64,000 nucleotides of DNA from contig OX597838.1 of NCBI GenBank assembly GCA_951406725.2, positions 12,958,001-13,022,000 on the forward strand, given 5' to 3'. This document shows positions 24,064 to 36,083 of the stretch, in pieces (position 1 is the first letter of the stretch; each line of letters starts with the position of its first letter). A program made the translations under genes and the position numbers. Under the pieces are notes generated by a model, which was not told the DNA's origin, ran no database searches, and saw only the letters and a program-made list of their open reading frames with translations. Source of the stretch: Octopus vulgaris (lineage: Eukaryota).

Positions 24064-24967
24064 ATTATTCTAAATAGCAGCTTGGGTAGACTTTCTATTT
24101 TCATTTTATGGTTTATGTCTGAGAAGTTTTTAAGTTTACAGAATGGATTACCCCCATAGCCCCTCTCTCTCTAGCCTCCTCCATGAGCCCCAATGGTCTG
24201 TAAACAAAGGTAAAGGGATGCTATGACGCAGATGTTGTTAAAACAGAGGTTGACACCCTGCTTTCCCCATACACACCCGTCACAAAGAACAACAACAACA
24301 ACTACAGCAACAACAACAACAGACACTCCAGTTTGGCGATTAATGCCAAGGATATTTTTTTATGGTTTCAGTTTACAGACCACAGACGGTGTTTCTTGTG
24401 CTTCTTCATTGACTGTGTTGAAACCTTAGCAGCGCCAGCTGGAATTCTCCACTGTTTTAGTAATTATGCATAGAGTCTGCTACCGCTGTAGCATGTTGGT
24501 AATTACCATTCTTATTGAATGTCACTGGCAAAAAAAAAAAACTCCCCATAAAAAAGCTATCTACCCCCCCCCCCCCCCCCCCAAAAAAAGACCCCTTAAA
24601 AAACTAAAAAGCCCCACCCCACTCCCTCTTTCATCCCAAATTCCCACACTGATGTATATTTAATTTCAGACAGAAACTGCAATATTGAAATGGATATAAT
24701 ATTTACTAATCTTTCATTAATATTATTATTTTTTTTTCATTAGAACCCATTTGTTTCCAATTAGTTTTTCTAATCTTCTGTACATTAAATACATTCACGC
24801 CTATTTACTCGACTATTGCTTCACACAAAGACGGCATCTTTGAATTATTCAGTCTCTAAACAATGCTATTTTCTTCGGCCAGAAAATGTATTGTATTGTA
24901 CTGTACTTTATGTTCATTCGTTTACTTATTAATGATTCTTTTATTGCTATTTTGGCAAATATCAAAT

Positions 24968-25010
24968 ATTTACTGATGAGGTTTGAATAAGATTGAAACA
25001 CGTGTGGAGT
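24968..25010 (+). ncRNA. Decayed hammerhead motif
   Basis: CTGATGA (24973-79), weak stem II, GAAAC-ACGT-GTG; the cleavage-site base is G and stem I is poor. Confidence 0.4.
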
Positions 25011-25404
25011 TCTCTCCCATACGTAATGGTTAATGAAAATATTAGACATTGTGATTAGTATCATTTTTTTTTCCTTACTACATAATTATTTCTATGATTG
25101 TGAGTACAACACCCTAAGACCTAAACACTAGTAGTTGGGGTGTTGTACTTGCAGTTGTAAGGTTCCATTCCCAGACCAGGCACTCAGTTCACATTGCTTC
25201 TGTCCATTCAGCTGAAAGTGATTGTTAGTAATATGCGTGGGATGAAGTTTGACCCTGTAACGGATTGGCTTTCCGATCCAGTTGGGTGGGGTGGTCTTCA
25301 CAAGTAGGGGTGGAGACTACCTAATGGTCTTTTCTGCTATAGAAAGGTCATCACGATACTCTGCATTGCCCCATTGGCTCCCCCAATGTAATAAATTCTA
25401 GTTA

Positions 25405-25695
25405 GCTTAAACTAAGCACCAATCCTTAAATGCCACTCCTTAAACTAAACACCAAATTCTAAATTAAACACCAGTACCTGAAACAAAAAACAAACTCCTA
25501 AACTAAATACCAATCCTAAATTAAACATCAGACCCATTTTACACCAACACCAACCTCTAAACTAAACGCTAGCCTCTATATCAAACATCAGCCCTTAAAT
25601 ATGAGCCTTATGAGTCTTAATTCAGCTTTGACCAAAACCTAAACTAAACACCAACCTTTCAGTTAAACACCTTCACCTGCTTCTAAACCAAACAC
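25405..25695. repeat. Degenerate ~20 bp tandem repeat (cctaaactaaacaccaa)
   Basis: Recurrent taaactaaacacc / taaattaaacacc units. Confidence 0.7.
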
Positions 25696-25700
25696 ATATG

Positions 25701-25741
<41 letters not shown>

Positions 25742-25924
25742 TACAAAATTAGAGAATGGAGAAACATACTTAAATCAATAAAACATCAACTATCCGATAC
25801 CCAATCAATACTTTAATACACCGTTACATATGAGTAGAGGCATTATACAAAAAGAGATATACATTAATAGTAAAAAGATAAAGAGATATAAGTAAAAAAT
25901 TTCAAATATAATATGCAATTAATC

Positions 25925-26038
25925 AAAACTGACAGCTGTTTCGGCAGTGAGGGCAGTCATACCTCATTTAACCTATAAGATAAAGGCAGGTATAAATGAG
26001 GCATTAACAAGGATGCCCCACGGCCTCTTCAGAGAATT
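25925..26038 (-). ncRNA. Type I hammerhead ribozyme motif with ~85 nt stem II
   Basis: Minus strand: CTGAAGA-GGC[long hairpin]GCC-GAAAC-AGCT-GTC; host segment ~25741-26360 lies between (TA)n tracts. Confidence 0.75.
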
Positions 26039-26852
26039 AAATTAAATTTGTTATAATTGTGAAAAATATTATATAAATAATATACATATAAATATAAAAA
26101 TATAAAAATGTAAAATATAAAAACTTATACACATCATAATGACACTTATATAATATAATGCACACATTGGTACAATAAAGGAAGGTAAACAGAACAAAAT
26201 AAAACAAAATATATATCAGTGTATATATTAATATTAATAAGTACCGATATTATACATATTTGGCTAATATTTTTTTTTAAAAAAAACCTAACACATAGGG
26301 AGATGAAAAATAATAATTAAAACCATGGTTTCAGTTCATAAAATTCTAAAGCTATAAAAATATATATATATATATATATATGAGGATTAACATTGCACTT
26401 TGAAACTTACTAAGGGATTTGAATCAAACTGTTTTGATCCATATCTATCTATCTTTCCTTCATTTCTTTCTTTCTAACGAAAACTCAATATTGGAATCTC
26501 TGAACCCACTGTTGGTTCTTATAGCATTCTGGAAGTTTAATGATATATCACAAATGCTTGTTCAATATTGTATCTGTAATATACCAAGTCAATTTTGATT
26601 GGTTGGGGTTCTACATAAACAGAGTGAAAAACATAGATAAATATTAAGCTGTTATATACAATGACTGCAAGGATTGAACTTTTTTTTAAATAAATGTCAA
26701 TCCTTCAGACCTCTCCTCTTCCCCATGGAACAAACCAGTTTATACCATTTTGTGAACTTCAATACTACTTGAAGATAAATGTTATCACTAGTTTCCTCCA
26801 ATTCTTCTGTTTTACTTTGAACTGTTGACAACCATGTTTTGAAGTGTCACCG

Positions 26853-27708
26853 TCACAATGCTTTGGTTGGCCCGAAGCTATAGCAGAAGACACTTGTCCA
26901 AGGTGCAGTGCAGTGGGACTGAACCCCGAACCATGTGGTTGATAAGCAAGCTACATACCACACAGCCACTCCTGCACCTATATTCAGTTTTTTTTTTCTT
27001 TTTAATATTAATAACAGGGTGTTCTAAAATTAAACATAATACCATTTGTAGTTATTGCTATTTTAGAAAACCATGTTACTAATAATAATAATAACTTTCT
27101 TGTGAACTTAAAAGCTGAGGGAGACGAGTTCTGTTAACATGTTAAATGCTTTTTATTTTTAAAATGTATGATGTCTTTTGGCAGTCCCCCAATATCATAA
27201 TGGGATACAAAACTGACCCCTCACCATTACCACCATTACACACATACTTTACAAACACACATATACACACACTATTGTTGTTTAGCTCCCTGTCAGCTCT
27301 ACTCCAACACACATATGATCATCAGTATTCTGGCTTTGATTAGTTAATCATCGTTTGCCTTTTTCTATGGCATAGTGTATCTAGGACTACATTATCTAAT
27401 GTATCCTTCCTTTCTTTTTCTATAGTAGTAAAGTGTGATTTAAAGGAGGTTTGGATACTATTTTTACCAGTTTGAGTAACCATAAAAGAAGTTCTCTCAT
27501 TGCTACGTGCTGTTCTTTAACCCTGCGTCAATTTTGATCCCTTAAGACTAATAAAAAATGTCCCAGTCTTGACTATCCCATCTTTGTTTTGTTTTCTTTT
27601 TTCAGTTAGTCTATTATGGACTACATTATCCAATGCATCCTACCATATTTTAAAATTAAAATATGGTGGTATGATGAGGGAGATCTGCTGCTATTTCTAA
27701 TGGGACAA
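26853..27708. repeat. Left arm of large inverted duplication
   Basis: Reverse complement of 28311-29472 minus the CR1 insert. Confidence 0.95.
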
Positions 27709-28310
27709 CATCATTGCAGGATATGAACCTCTAACCCTTCAGTTTGTACTGTACCAGTCAAAACAAGTGAAAGAGCATAGCTTAGTGGTTGGGGGTATTT
27801 GGCTTATGATCATAAGGTCACGTATTAGATTCCTAGCAGTGCATTGTGTCCTTGAGCAAGGCACTCTATTTCCTATTGCTCCAGCCCACTCAGCTGATGA
27901 AAATGGGTTGCACTTGTAATTCAAAGGGTCAGCTGTGTCTCATTCTAGCAGTGCATTGTGTCCTTGAGGCACTCTATTTCCTTGAGTCCACCTACATTAA
28001 GGGTTTTCCATGCTAGCATGGGTTGGACGGTTCAACTGGGGTGGGAACACTCAGCCACTTGCAATGTTAATTTCATGGGCAGGCTGTTCTGTTGATTGGA
28101 TCAACCAGCTGGAACACACATCGTCATAACCAACAGAGTGCCAATTATTAAAACAGATGAGTTTCGTTAATTATCCTAATTAACATTAAATTCATGGCTC
28201 AATGAAATAAGTGTAGCTAATGCTATAGAAATGTGCTCTCATTCATATTTTCGGGGATCTTGATTTGATCCAGTAATACAGTACTTTGAGACAATGAGGA
28301 AGCTTCTACC

Positions 28311-29472
28311 TTGGCCCATTAGAAATAGCAGCAGATCTCCCTCATCATACCACCATATTTTAATTTTAAAATATGGTAGGATGCATTGGATAATGTGGTC
28401 CATAATAGACTAACTGAAAAAAAGAAAACAAAACAAAGATGGGATAGTCAAGACTGGGACATTTTTTTTATTAAAGTCTTCTAAGGGATCAAAATTGACT
28501 CGGGGTTAAAGAACAGCACGTAGCAATGAGGGAACTTCTTTTATGGTTACTCAAACTGGTAAAAATAGTATCCAAACTCCCTTTAAATCACATTTTACTA
28601 CTATAAAAAAAAAAAAGGAAGGATACATTAGATAATGTAGTCCTAGATACACTATGCCATAGAAAAAGGCAAACGATGATTAACTAATCAAAGCCAGAAT
28701 ACTGATGATCATATGTGTGCTGGAGCAGAGCTGACAGGGAGCTAAACTGAAAGAGCTGTTCTTCACTCCTGCTCCAGAGCGTCGGCTGCGGGGTCACCCC
28801 GAAAAGCTCTATCTGCGACGATTTCATCTCAATCAAAGGAGAGGGGCTTTCTCCGTCCGGGTTGCAGATCTGTGGAATAAGCTGCTGGACGAGATAGTGA
28901 AGATGCCGATAACCACTCGGTTCAAAGTCTCTCTTGACCAGAAATGGCCTGAACTCTTTGCATGAACACCCTCCCTGTACATAACTCCATGTCCCCCTAC
29001 ATGGCCTTGCTTTTTGCTTTTTGAGCCAAAAAATTAACTTAACTTAACAATCGTGTGTGTATATGTATGTATGTAAAGTATGTGTATAATGGTGGTAATG
29101 GTGAGGGGTCAGTTTTGTATCCCATTATGATATTGGGGGACTGCCAAAAGACATCATACATTTTAAAAATAAAAAGCATTTAACATGTTAACAGAACTCG
29201 TCTCCCTCAGCTTTTAAGTTCACAAGAAAGTTATTATTATTATTAGTAACATGGTTTTCTAAAATAGCAATAACTACAAATGGCATTATGTTTAATTTTA
29301 GAACACCCTGTTATTAATATTAAAAAGAAAAAAAAAACTGAATATAGGCACAGGAGTGGCTGTGTGGTAAGTAGCTTGCTTATCAACCGCATGGTTCTGG
29401 GTTCACTCCCATTGCGTGGCACCTTGGGCAAGTGTCTTCTGCTATAGCCTCGGGCCAACCAAAGCCTTGTGA
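28311..29472. repeat. Right arm of large inverted duplication (contains CR1 insert)
   Basis: For example gatgggatagtcaagactgggacattt versus aaatgtcccagtcttgactatcccatc; twin ORFs 26858-27082(+) and 29243-29551(-) share their C-terminus. Confidence 0.95.
28748..29045 (+). mobile_element. CR1-like LINE 3' end inserted in the right arm
   Basis: Same family as 8036; absent from the left arm (empty site 27272-27286). Confidence 0.92.
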
Positions 29473-29730
29473 GTGGATTTGGTAGACGGAAACTGAAAGA
29501 AGCCTGTCGTTTATATGTAATGTGTGTGTTTGTGTTTGTCCCCCCCAACATCGCTTGATAACCAATGCTGGTGTGTTTACGTCCCTGTAACTTAGCAGTT
29601 CAGCAAAAGTGACTGATAGAATAAGTTCTAGGCTTACAAAGAATAAGTCCTGGGGGTGAATTTGCTCGACTAAAGATGGTGCTCCGACATGGCCGCAGTC
29701 AAATGACTGAAACAAGTAAAAGAGTAAAGG
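29347..29730 (+). mobile_element. SINE family A, full length
   Basis: ggcacaggagtggctgtgtggtaagtagc...gactgaaacaagtaaaagagt. Confidence 0.9.
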
Positions 29731-29935
29731 TGTAAGAGTAATGCTAAATAATGTAGTCTCCTAGATATAAAAAAGACAGGATGGTCATGTGTGGAATGCT
29801 TTTGAGCATAGATTGAATGGATCAAAGTTAACTAGGGTTTCCATCCATCTTCTCTGTCCACTATTCCTGGGAGGATTATCAGGGTGGAGTCATCAGGCAC
29901 CTCCTCCATAGAGTCCTATCAGAAGCAACCATCAT

Positions 29936-30160
29936 TATCCCGTTAGCATTCAGATTACTCTCTCAAATCTAATGCTTATTTATCCACATTTTTTAAAACT
30001 AATCCTGCATTATCTCATAGCTTAGAGATTTTGATACGTGACTGTTTATTTTTAGAATGATATTGTTGGGTTGGTGTGAGAGCCTGGATCTGGCTAGATT
30101 GACCATAAAACTGGTAGAGTATTTTGGCTGGATATGGCCAGTCTAAATGCTAAAGAGGTA
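29936..30160. mobile_element. piggyBac-like MITE, decayed termini
   Basis: cccgttagcattcag...aatgctaaagagg; related to 20920-21923 and 14663-14740. Confidence 0.55.
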
Positions 30161-30169
30161 TACTTTCCT

Positions 30170-30790
30170 GATGGATTTTCAGGCATGACCAATGGAGATT
30201 ATGGATATTATTCAATCATCTTGTTCTTGTGCTACACCTAAGTCTCCTGCTGGTTGGCTCAGCTTGAAGAATCTCTCTTGCAATTCTTTTCTGTGACATT
30301 CTAATCACGTTTCTGTAGTACTGGATCTATGACCTCTTACTGCAGAGAAGTAGTAAGCCAACCTGGGGTGACTTACTGATCTCAGAGCTATACACTATAT
30401 CAAGTAACATTATTCCAGAAATCCTTCAGAGGAACCCCAATTTTGGCCACTTGTATCTGTGATCATAATCTTTTGGTTATTTACGCAGGTGAGGATAAAT
30501 ACTGAAACTGAACTGGAGATAGCAAAAGTAGCTTTTTTGTTTTTTCTTTACCACCCTCTTCTCTCTTGTGGATTGAATTCTGGTGCTGGTACATTACTGT
30601 ACCAGCATCTGGAATTCTAGCGCCCAAATCAGACTCCTGTGTCACATCACTCATGAATATAGGCCTTGAGGTACTTAAATCTCTCCTCTTGTATCAGTGA
30701 TGTTCCACTAACATGCAGAGTGCAGTGGGAAGTCTTTCTTGAGAGAACCAACGTTTAAGTCTTCACAAGCCTATTTCTCATCCTTGTTTT
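30170..30790 (-). mobile_element. Decayed RTE-clade RT C-terminal fragment
   Basis: Minus strand reads approximately LVLSRKTSHCTLHVSGTSLIQEERFKYL, resembling the Expander/Rex3-type RT thumb region. Confidence 0.55.
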
Positions 30791-31004
30791 GTAAGCACTT
30801 AGTTGACTTGGGACACAATAGCAACTACAGGAAACTCTTTAGTGGCTCCTAATTAAGAGATAAGCTGTTAAGTTCTTGACAGTGTTTCATGATAAATAAC
30901 AACCTCACAAAATGTCTACCTAATCTGGAAATAATCGAAACTGACTGAAAGAGAAAGAGAGGAAAGAAAGCAAAGTTAAACTGTTTGTTTTCTTATATGT
31001 TTAA

Positions 31005-31224
31005 CCCTTTTGTTACTGTATTTATTTTGAGATGCTCTGTGTTTCTCTCAATTATTTTAAATATCACAAAGAATTTAGTAAAATAACTTAGTTATCATTA
31101 AGCTAGTGTAGGAACATAAATTGTGACTAAGGTTTCATGGAAGATTTTAATTCAAAATTTACAAAAACAAGACATTTGTACTACAGAACCAGAGCCGGTT
31201 TCAGCCGGGTTGGTAATGAAAGGG
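31005..31224. mobile_element. piggyBac-like MITE with TTAA TSD
   Basis: TTAA-cccttttgttac ... gtaatgaaaggg-TTAA. Confidence 0.8.
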
Positions 31225-32231
31225 TTAATGCTCGTGCATTATTCATTTTAGTCCAGCAATGTTAGGAAGCCGGCTCATCTCTCAGCTTCATAGAAACCAA
31301 TAGTGAAGTAACTGGTTTGTAGTTTATAACAACAATACAACTTAAAACAAGATTAAATGAACCACATCTTGTCAGCCTTCATTGTAGTTTCCTTCTTGTT
31401 TTTCTTAAAGTAAAGCAATTGTTGTAGTTTTTGTCTGACATTCAAATTAAAGAAAATTCTGTTTGTGGATTTTCTCCCACTTTCTTCAGAATTTAATTAT
31501 ATTTCTTTGAACTTTGTACTTTTATAGGGACAGGCATGTCTGTGTTCTTAAGAAGTTCACTATGCAACCACCTGGTTCAGTCCCACTGCAAGACCCCTTT
31601 CGTCATTGCCTCTGACCGCGTCCCATGTCTTGAAAATATACTTCCATGTAATGGAAAGCAGAATGGGCCCTTATAGTATTTGAAGTACGCAAATAAAAAA
31701 GAAAAAAAGAACATAAATATTCTAAAACATATTTATTTGTTTATTGCGACGCTCTGTCTTAACGCTGCTCCATGTGAAAAGCCCTTTCTGAAATTTTTTT
31801 AATTATTATTTTGCGGCGAACGAACTTTTAACCGTTTTGTGAACTCAAACCACAGATAAAGAATATATCTAAGGGAGACAACCAGTGAATATCTCACCGA
31901 ATATCATACACAGTTATGGTTCTTAGGCACGAATAATTTCATCATTCTGCATTATTAAAATATTGTTTAGGTTTGAAAGGCATTGTGCTGGTCGTTTTTG
32001 TACGCTACCCGCCCACCCCCACTTGTCCCATGGCAGTGAGATTGGTGCTGTTACTATTCCTTTTGACGATTGCAAGAAGACATATGTAGGGTGTGACTTC
32101 CAGACGTTCTGAGGGATGGATAGAACATGGGGTGATGAGAAGATGAGAAAAGAAGGAACGGGTGAGCGGAGGGAGACTACAGTTCAGGTAGAAAAAGCAC
32201 TCGTGCCTTCTACTATATATTGCCTCGGGAA

Positions 32232-32463
32232 AGGCGGCGAGCTGGTAAAAACGTTAGCACGCCGGGCGAAATGCGTAGCCGTATTTCGTCTGCCGTTACG
32301 TTTTGGGTTCAAATTCCGCCGAGGTCGACTTAGCCTTTCATCCTTTCGGGGTCGATAAATTAAGTACCAGTTACGCACTGGGATCGATGTAATCGACTTA
32401 ATCCGTTTGTGTGTCCTTGTTTGTCCCCTCTGTGATTAGCTCCTTGTGGGTAGTAAAGAAATA
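32232..32463 (+). mobile_element. SINE family B with TSD, nested in an older SINE
   Basis: Flanks tatatattgcctcggg / tatatgttgcctcggg. Confidence 0.88.
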
Positions 32464-32609
32464 TATATGTTGCCTCGGGCCGACCAATGCATTGCAAATT
32501 AATTTGATAAGCGGAAACTGTGTCGAAGCTCGGCGCGTGTGTATAAGTTTGTCTCCCATCTTCACAACTAATGTATGATAGCTACGGGTACCATTCCCGG
32601 TCTTTCTTA

Positions 32610-33330
32610 TTCTGGCACAAGGCCTGCAACTTTGAGGGGAGGGGGAAGTCGATTGCAATCGACTTTAGTACTTTACTTGTACTTTATCGACTTTGAAAGT
32701 ATGAAAGACAGAGCTGATCTGGGTGGAATTTAACTGAGAACATAACGAACCGGAAGAAATACTGCAAGGTATTTTGTCCGACGCTCTTAACGATTCTGCC
32801 AGTTCAGTACCTTAATAATAATAATGGATAATAATCAAGTAATGTTTCTGCTATAGGCATAAGGCCTGAAATTTCAGGGGGAGTGGGTAAGCTGATTACA
32901 TCACTGGTACTTAATTTATCGACCCCGAAAGGATGAAAGGCAAAATCGACCCCGGCGGAATTTGAATTCAGAACATAGCAACGGGCGAAATACCGCTAAG
33001 AATTCCGTCCAGCGGGTTAATGATTCTGCCAGCTTTAAAAATTAGAAAAAGAGAATACTTTTTACTCTAGGCACAAGGCCTGAAATTTTAGGGGATTGGG
33101 CCAGTCGATTACATTGACCACAATTCCACTGGTGCTTATTTCATCGACCCCGAAAGAATGAAAGACAAAATCGACCTCGGCGGAATTTGAACTCAGAACG
33201 TAAAGATGGATGAAACCCTGTCTGGTACTTATTTTATCGGTTCCGAAATTATGACATGTACAGTTGACCTCAAAAAAAGGCGGAAGAAATGCCGCAAAAT
33301 ATTTTGTCCCCGACGACCTATCGATTTTGC
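32610..33330 (-). mobile_element. Cluster of SINE B-related copies with an alternative tail
   Basis: Repeated ggcacaaggcctg..atcgaccccgaaaggatgaaagg..ggaatttgaactcagaac units. Confidence 0.75.
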
Positions 33331-34275
33331 CTGCTTCTATAAATATCATTCATAATTGTTTTCCTTCTAATATCTCATCTTTGCGATTGATTGAAAGGAT
33401 AAAGTTTTGGCGTTGGTTTCGACGAATGCGAATTAGATTTTTTTGGTCAACGAAATTATTTTTTCTGGAGTCTTTATTTACATAGACTCTTTTATATGCA
33501 CTCTATGGAATTTCCAGGCTGGCACGATGTTTCAATTCTTCATTGAAAGATAAAATAATAAAAATAAGGATTTATAATATGATAACCTATTTGTTTTTTC
33601 CCTTCTCGTGTCGATAACAGCCGCAATAAATGTCGGTGAATTAGATATAAAATAAAAATACGTATCGGTTATTCTAAATCTATCCCGTTTGCTGTGATAA
33701 AAATCAATTTATCGGATATATTACATTTAACAGTGCCCGTTCACGCACGCACGCGCATATATGTTGTGTGTGCGCGTGTTATATGTATATGTCTGGTTTG
33801 TGTGTACGTGTTGTGTCTATGTATATGTGCGTGCGTGCGTTTGTTAATTCAGATTTCGTATTTAGTTCCTTTAGAATTCTCTCCCTTGGAATGATACGAT
33901 TCTTTTACACTGAATTAGTAAATTAGTGTTGACATTTATTGGAGTGACTATCAGAAATCTAATTTAGAATATTTGTGCAGTGAAGAGAAGTCTTAATTAG
34001 ATCAACCAATAATTATTTTTACTGATTTTAGCCATTCGATTGCGGTCATTCTGGAGCACCGTCTCCAAGGGTTCTAGTCGATATTAATATTGGTCTCAAG
34101 AATTTCGTATGTTATTTTAGGTTACATTGTTTTTGTAAGCATACAAAACGCATTGATGTACAAAAGGAGACAACTCAGTCGGACTTTAATACCGCAGGGT
34201 ATTTCTGTTCAATTACACCGGGCTGTAACCCGCACTCCTAAACACCTTCGATATATCCATATAATAGGGTCTCCG

Positions 34276-34695
34276 AAGGCGGCGAGTTGGCGGAAACGTT
34301 AGCGCGCCGGGTGAAATGTTTAGCGGTATTTCGTCTGTCGTTACGTTGTGAGTTCAAATTCCTCCGAGGTCGACTTTGCCTTTCATCTTTTCGAGGTCGA
34401 TAAATAAAGTACCAGTTACGCACTGGGGTCGATGTAATCGTCTTAATACCTATGTCTGTCCTTGTTTGTCCCCTCTATGTTTAGCCCCTTGTGGGTAGTA
34501 AAGAAATAGGTATTTCGTCTGCCGCTACGTTCTGAGTTCAAATTCCGCCGAGGTCGACTTTACCTTTCATCCTTTCAGGGTCGATAAATAAAGTACCAGT
34601 TTTGCACTGGGGGGGTCGATGTAATCGACTTAATCCCTTTGTCTGTCCTTGTTTGTCCCCTCTATGTTTAGCCCCTTGTGGGCAGTAAAGAAATA
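34276..34695 (+). mobile_element. SINE family B dimer with ~25 bp TSD
   Basis: Junction gaaata|ggtatttcgtc (34503-34519); flanks atatatccatat(a/g)atagggtctccg at 34251-75 and 34695-719. Confidence 0.92.
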
Positions 34696-35173
34696 TATAT
34701 CCATATGATAGGGTCTCCGGATACAGAGCTTAAGGTGACTGTTCAGGCAGAGAAGCAAGAACTTGAATGTAGATCACTCCGAGTCTAGGAAAAAATCGTT
34801 GGGCTTTGACTTAGCACTTTCGAAAATCATGTCCAACTGTCGGTACTATATGTGAAACTCAGAGTAGCAAGAGACTATTCGACCCAAATAAACAAAATAT
34901 ATTAATCATCTTTTCTATCGCGTTCTCTTTCTTCCGACTGTCAACACTAAACTATATATATATATATATATATATATCTCGTGTGTGGTGTCACATTAAA
35001 AACACCCAGCACACACAGGGCCAGCATTTTCATACTCTGTGTCATGCTGAATCTCCCCGAGAACTACGTTAAGGGTACATGTGTACTCAGCCACTTGCAT
35101 ATTAATTTCACAAGCAGGCTGCTCCGTTGATTGGATTAACTGGAACCCTTGTCATAACTGTCGGAGTACCATG

Positions 35174-35210
<37 letters not shown>

Positions 35211-35296
35211 TATATGTGTGTATATATATATATATATATACACACACACATAAATGTGTATATGATATATATATATATACATACATGTATATATAT

Positions 35297-35489
35297 AGAT
35301 CGTTAGCCACTACACACATTTTTACTCTCCTTTTTTTTGTCTCCTTTTTTCTCCTGTGTCCCTTTCTGCAGAAGAGCATAGGCTCGAAACGTAAAAGACT
35401 TTTTTCTATTCCTGAGTGTTATACTAATACATCTGTTTGTTTTGTACACCACCTGTCTTCGTCTTTTGTTGTTTTTTTTCGTAAACTCT

Positions 35490-35492
<3 letters not shown>
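35297..35492 (+). mobile_element. Short element in (TA)n with a minimal hammerhead-like motif
   Basis: Copy of the 9801-10000 family; cttt-ctgcaga-a-gagc atag gctc-gaaacgta-aaag at 35362-97. Confidence 0.6.
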
Positions 35493-35544
<52 letters not shown>

Positions 35545-35654
35545 CATGTGACCGACCAGACCATCAGATGTTGTTACACATCGCTGGTCACAATGCGTTC
35601 GCATTGTTTTAGCCTTCGAATGATGCCACCCCGCTGGCTAAGCGAGCAGGCCAA

Positions 35655-36083
<429 letters not shown>

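Noticed and set aside
30470-30495. Second AG|GTGAG fused splice motif
   Set aside because: Lies inside an antisense RTE relic and has a weak pyrimidine tract
31600-34000. Second CpG-richer zone as a promoter
   Set aside because: Much of the CpG comes from SINE copies and no convincing donor or motif cluster was found; left uncalled
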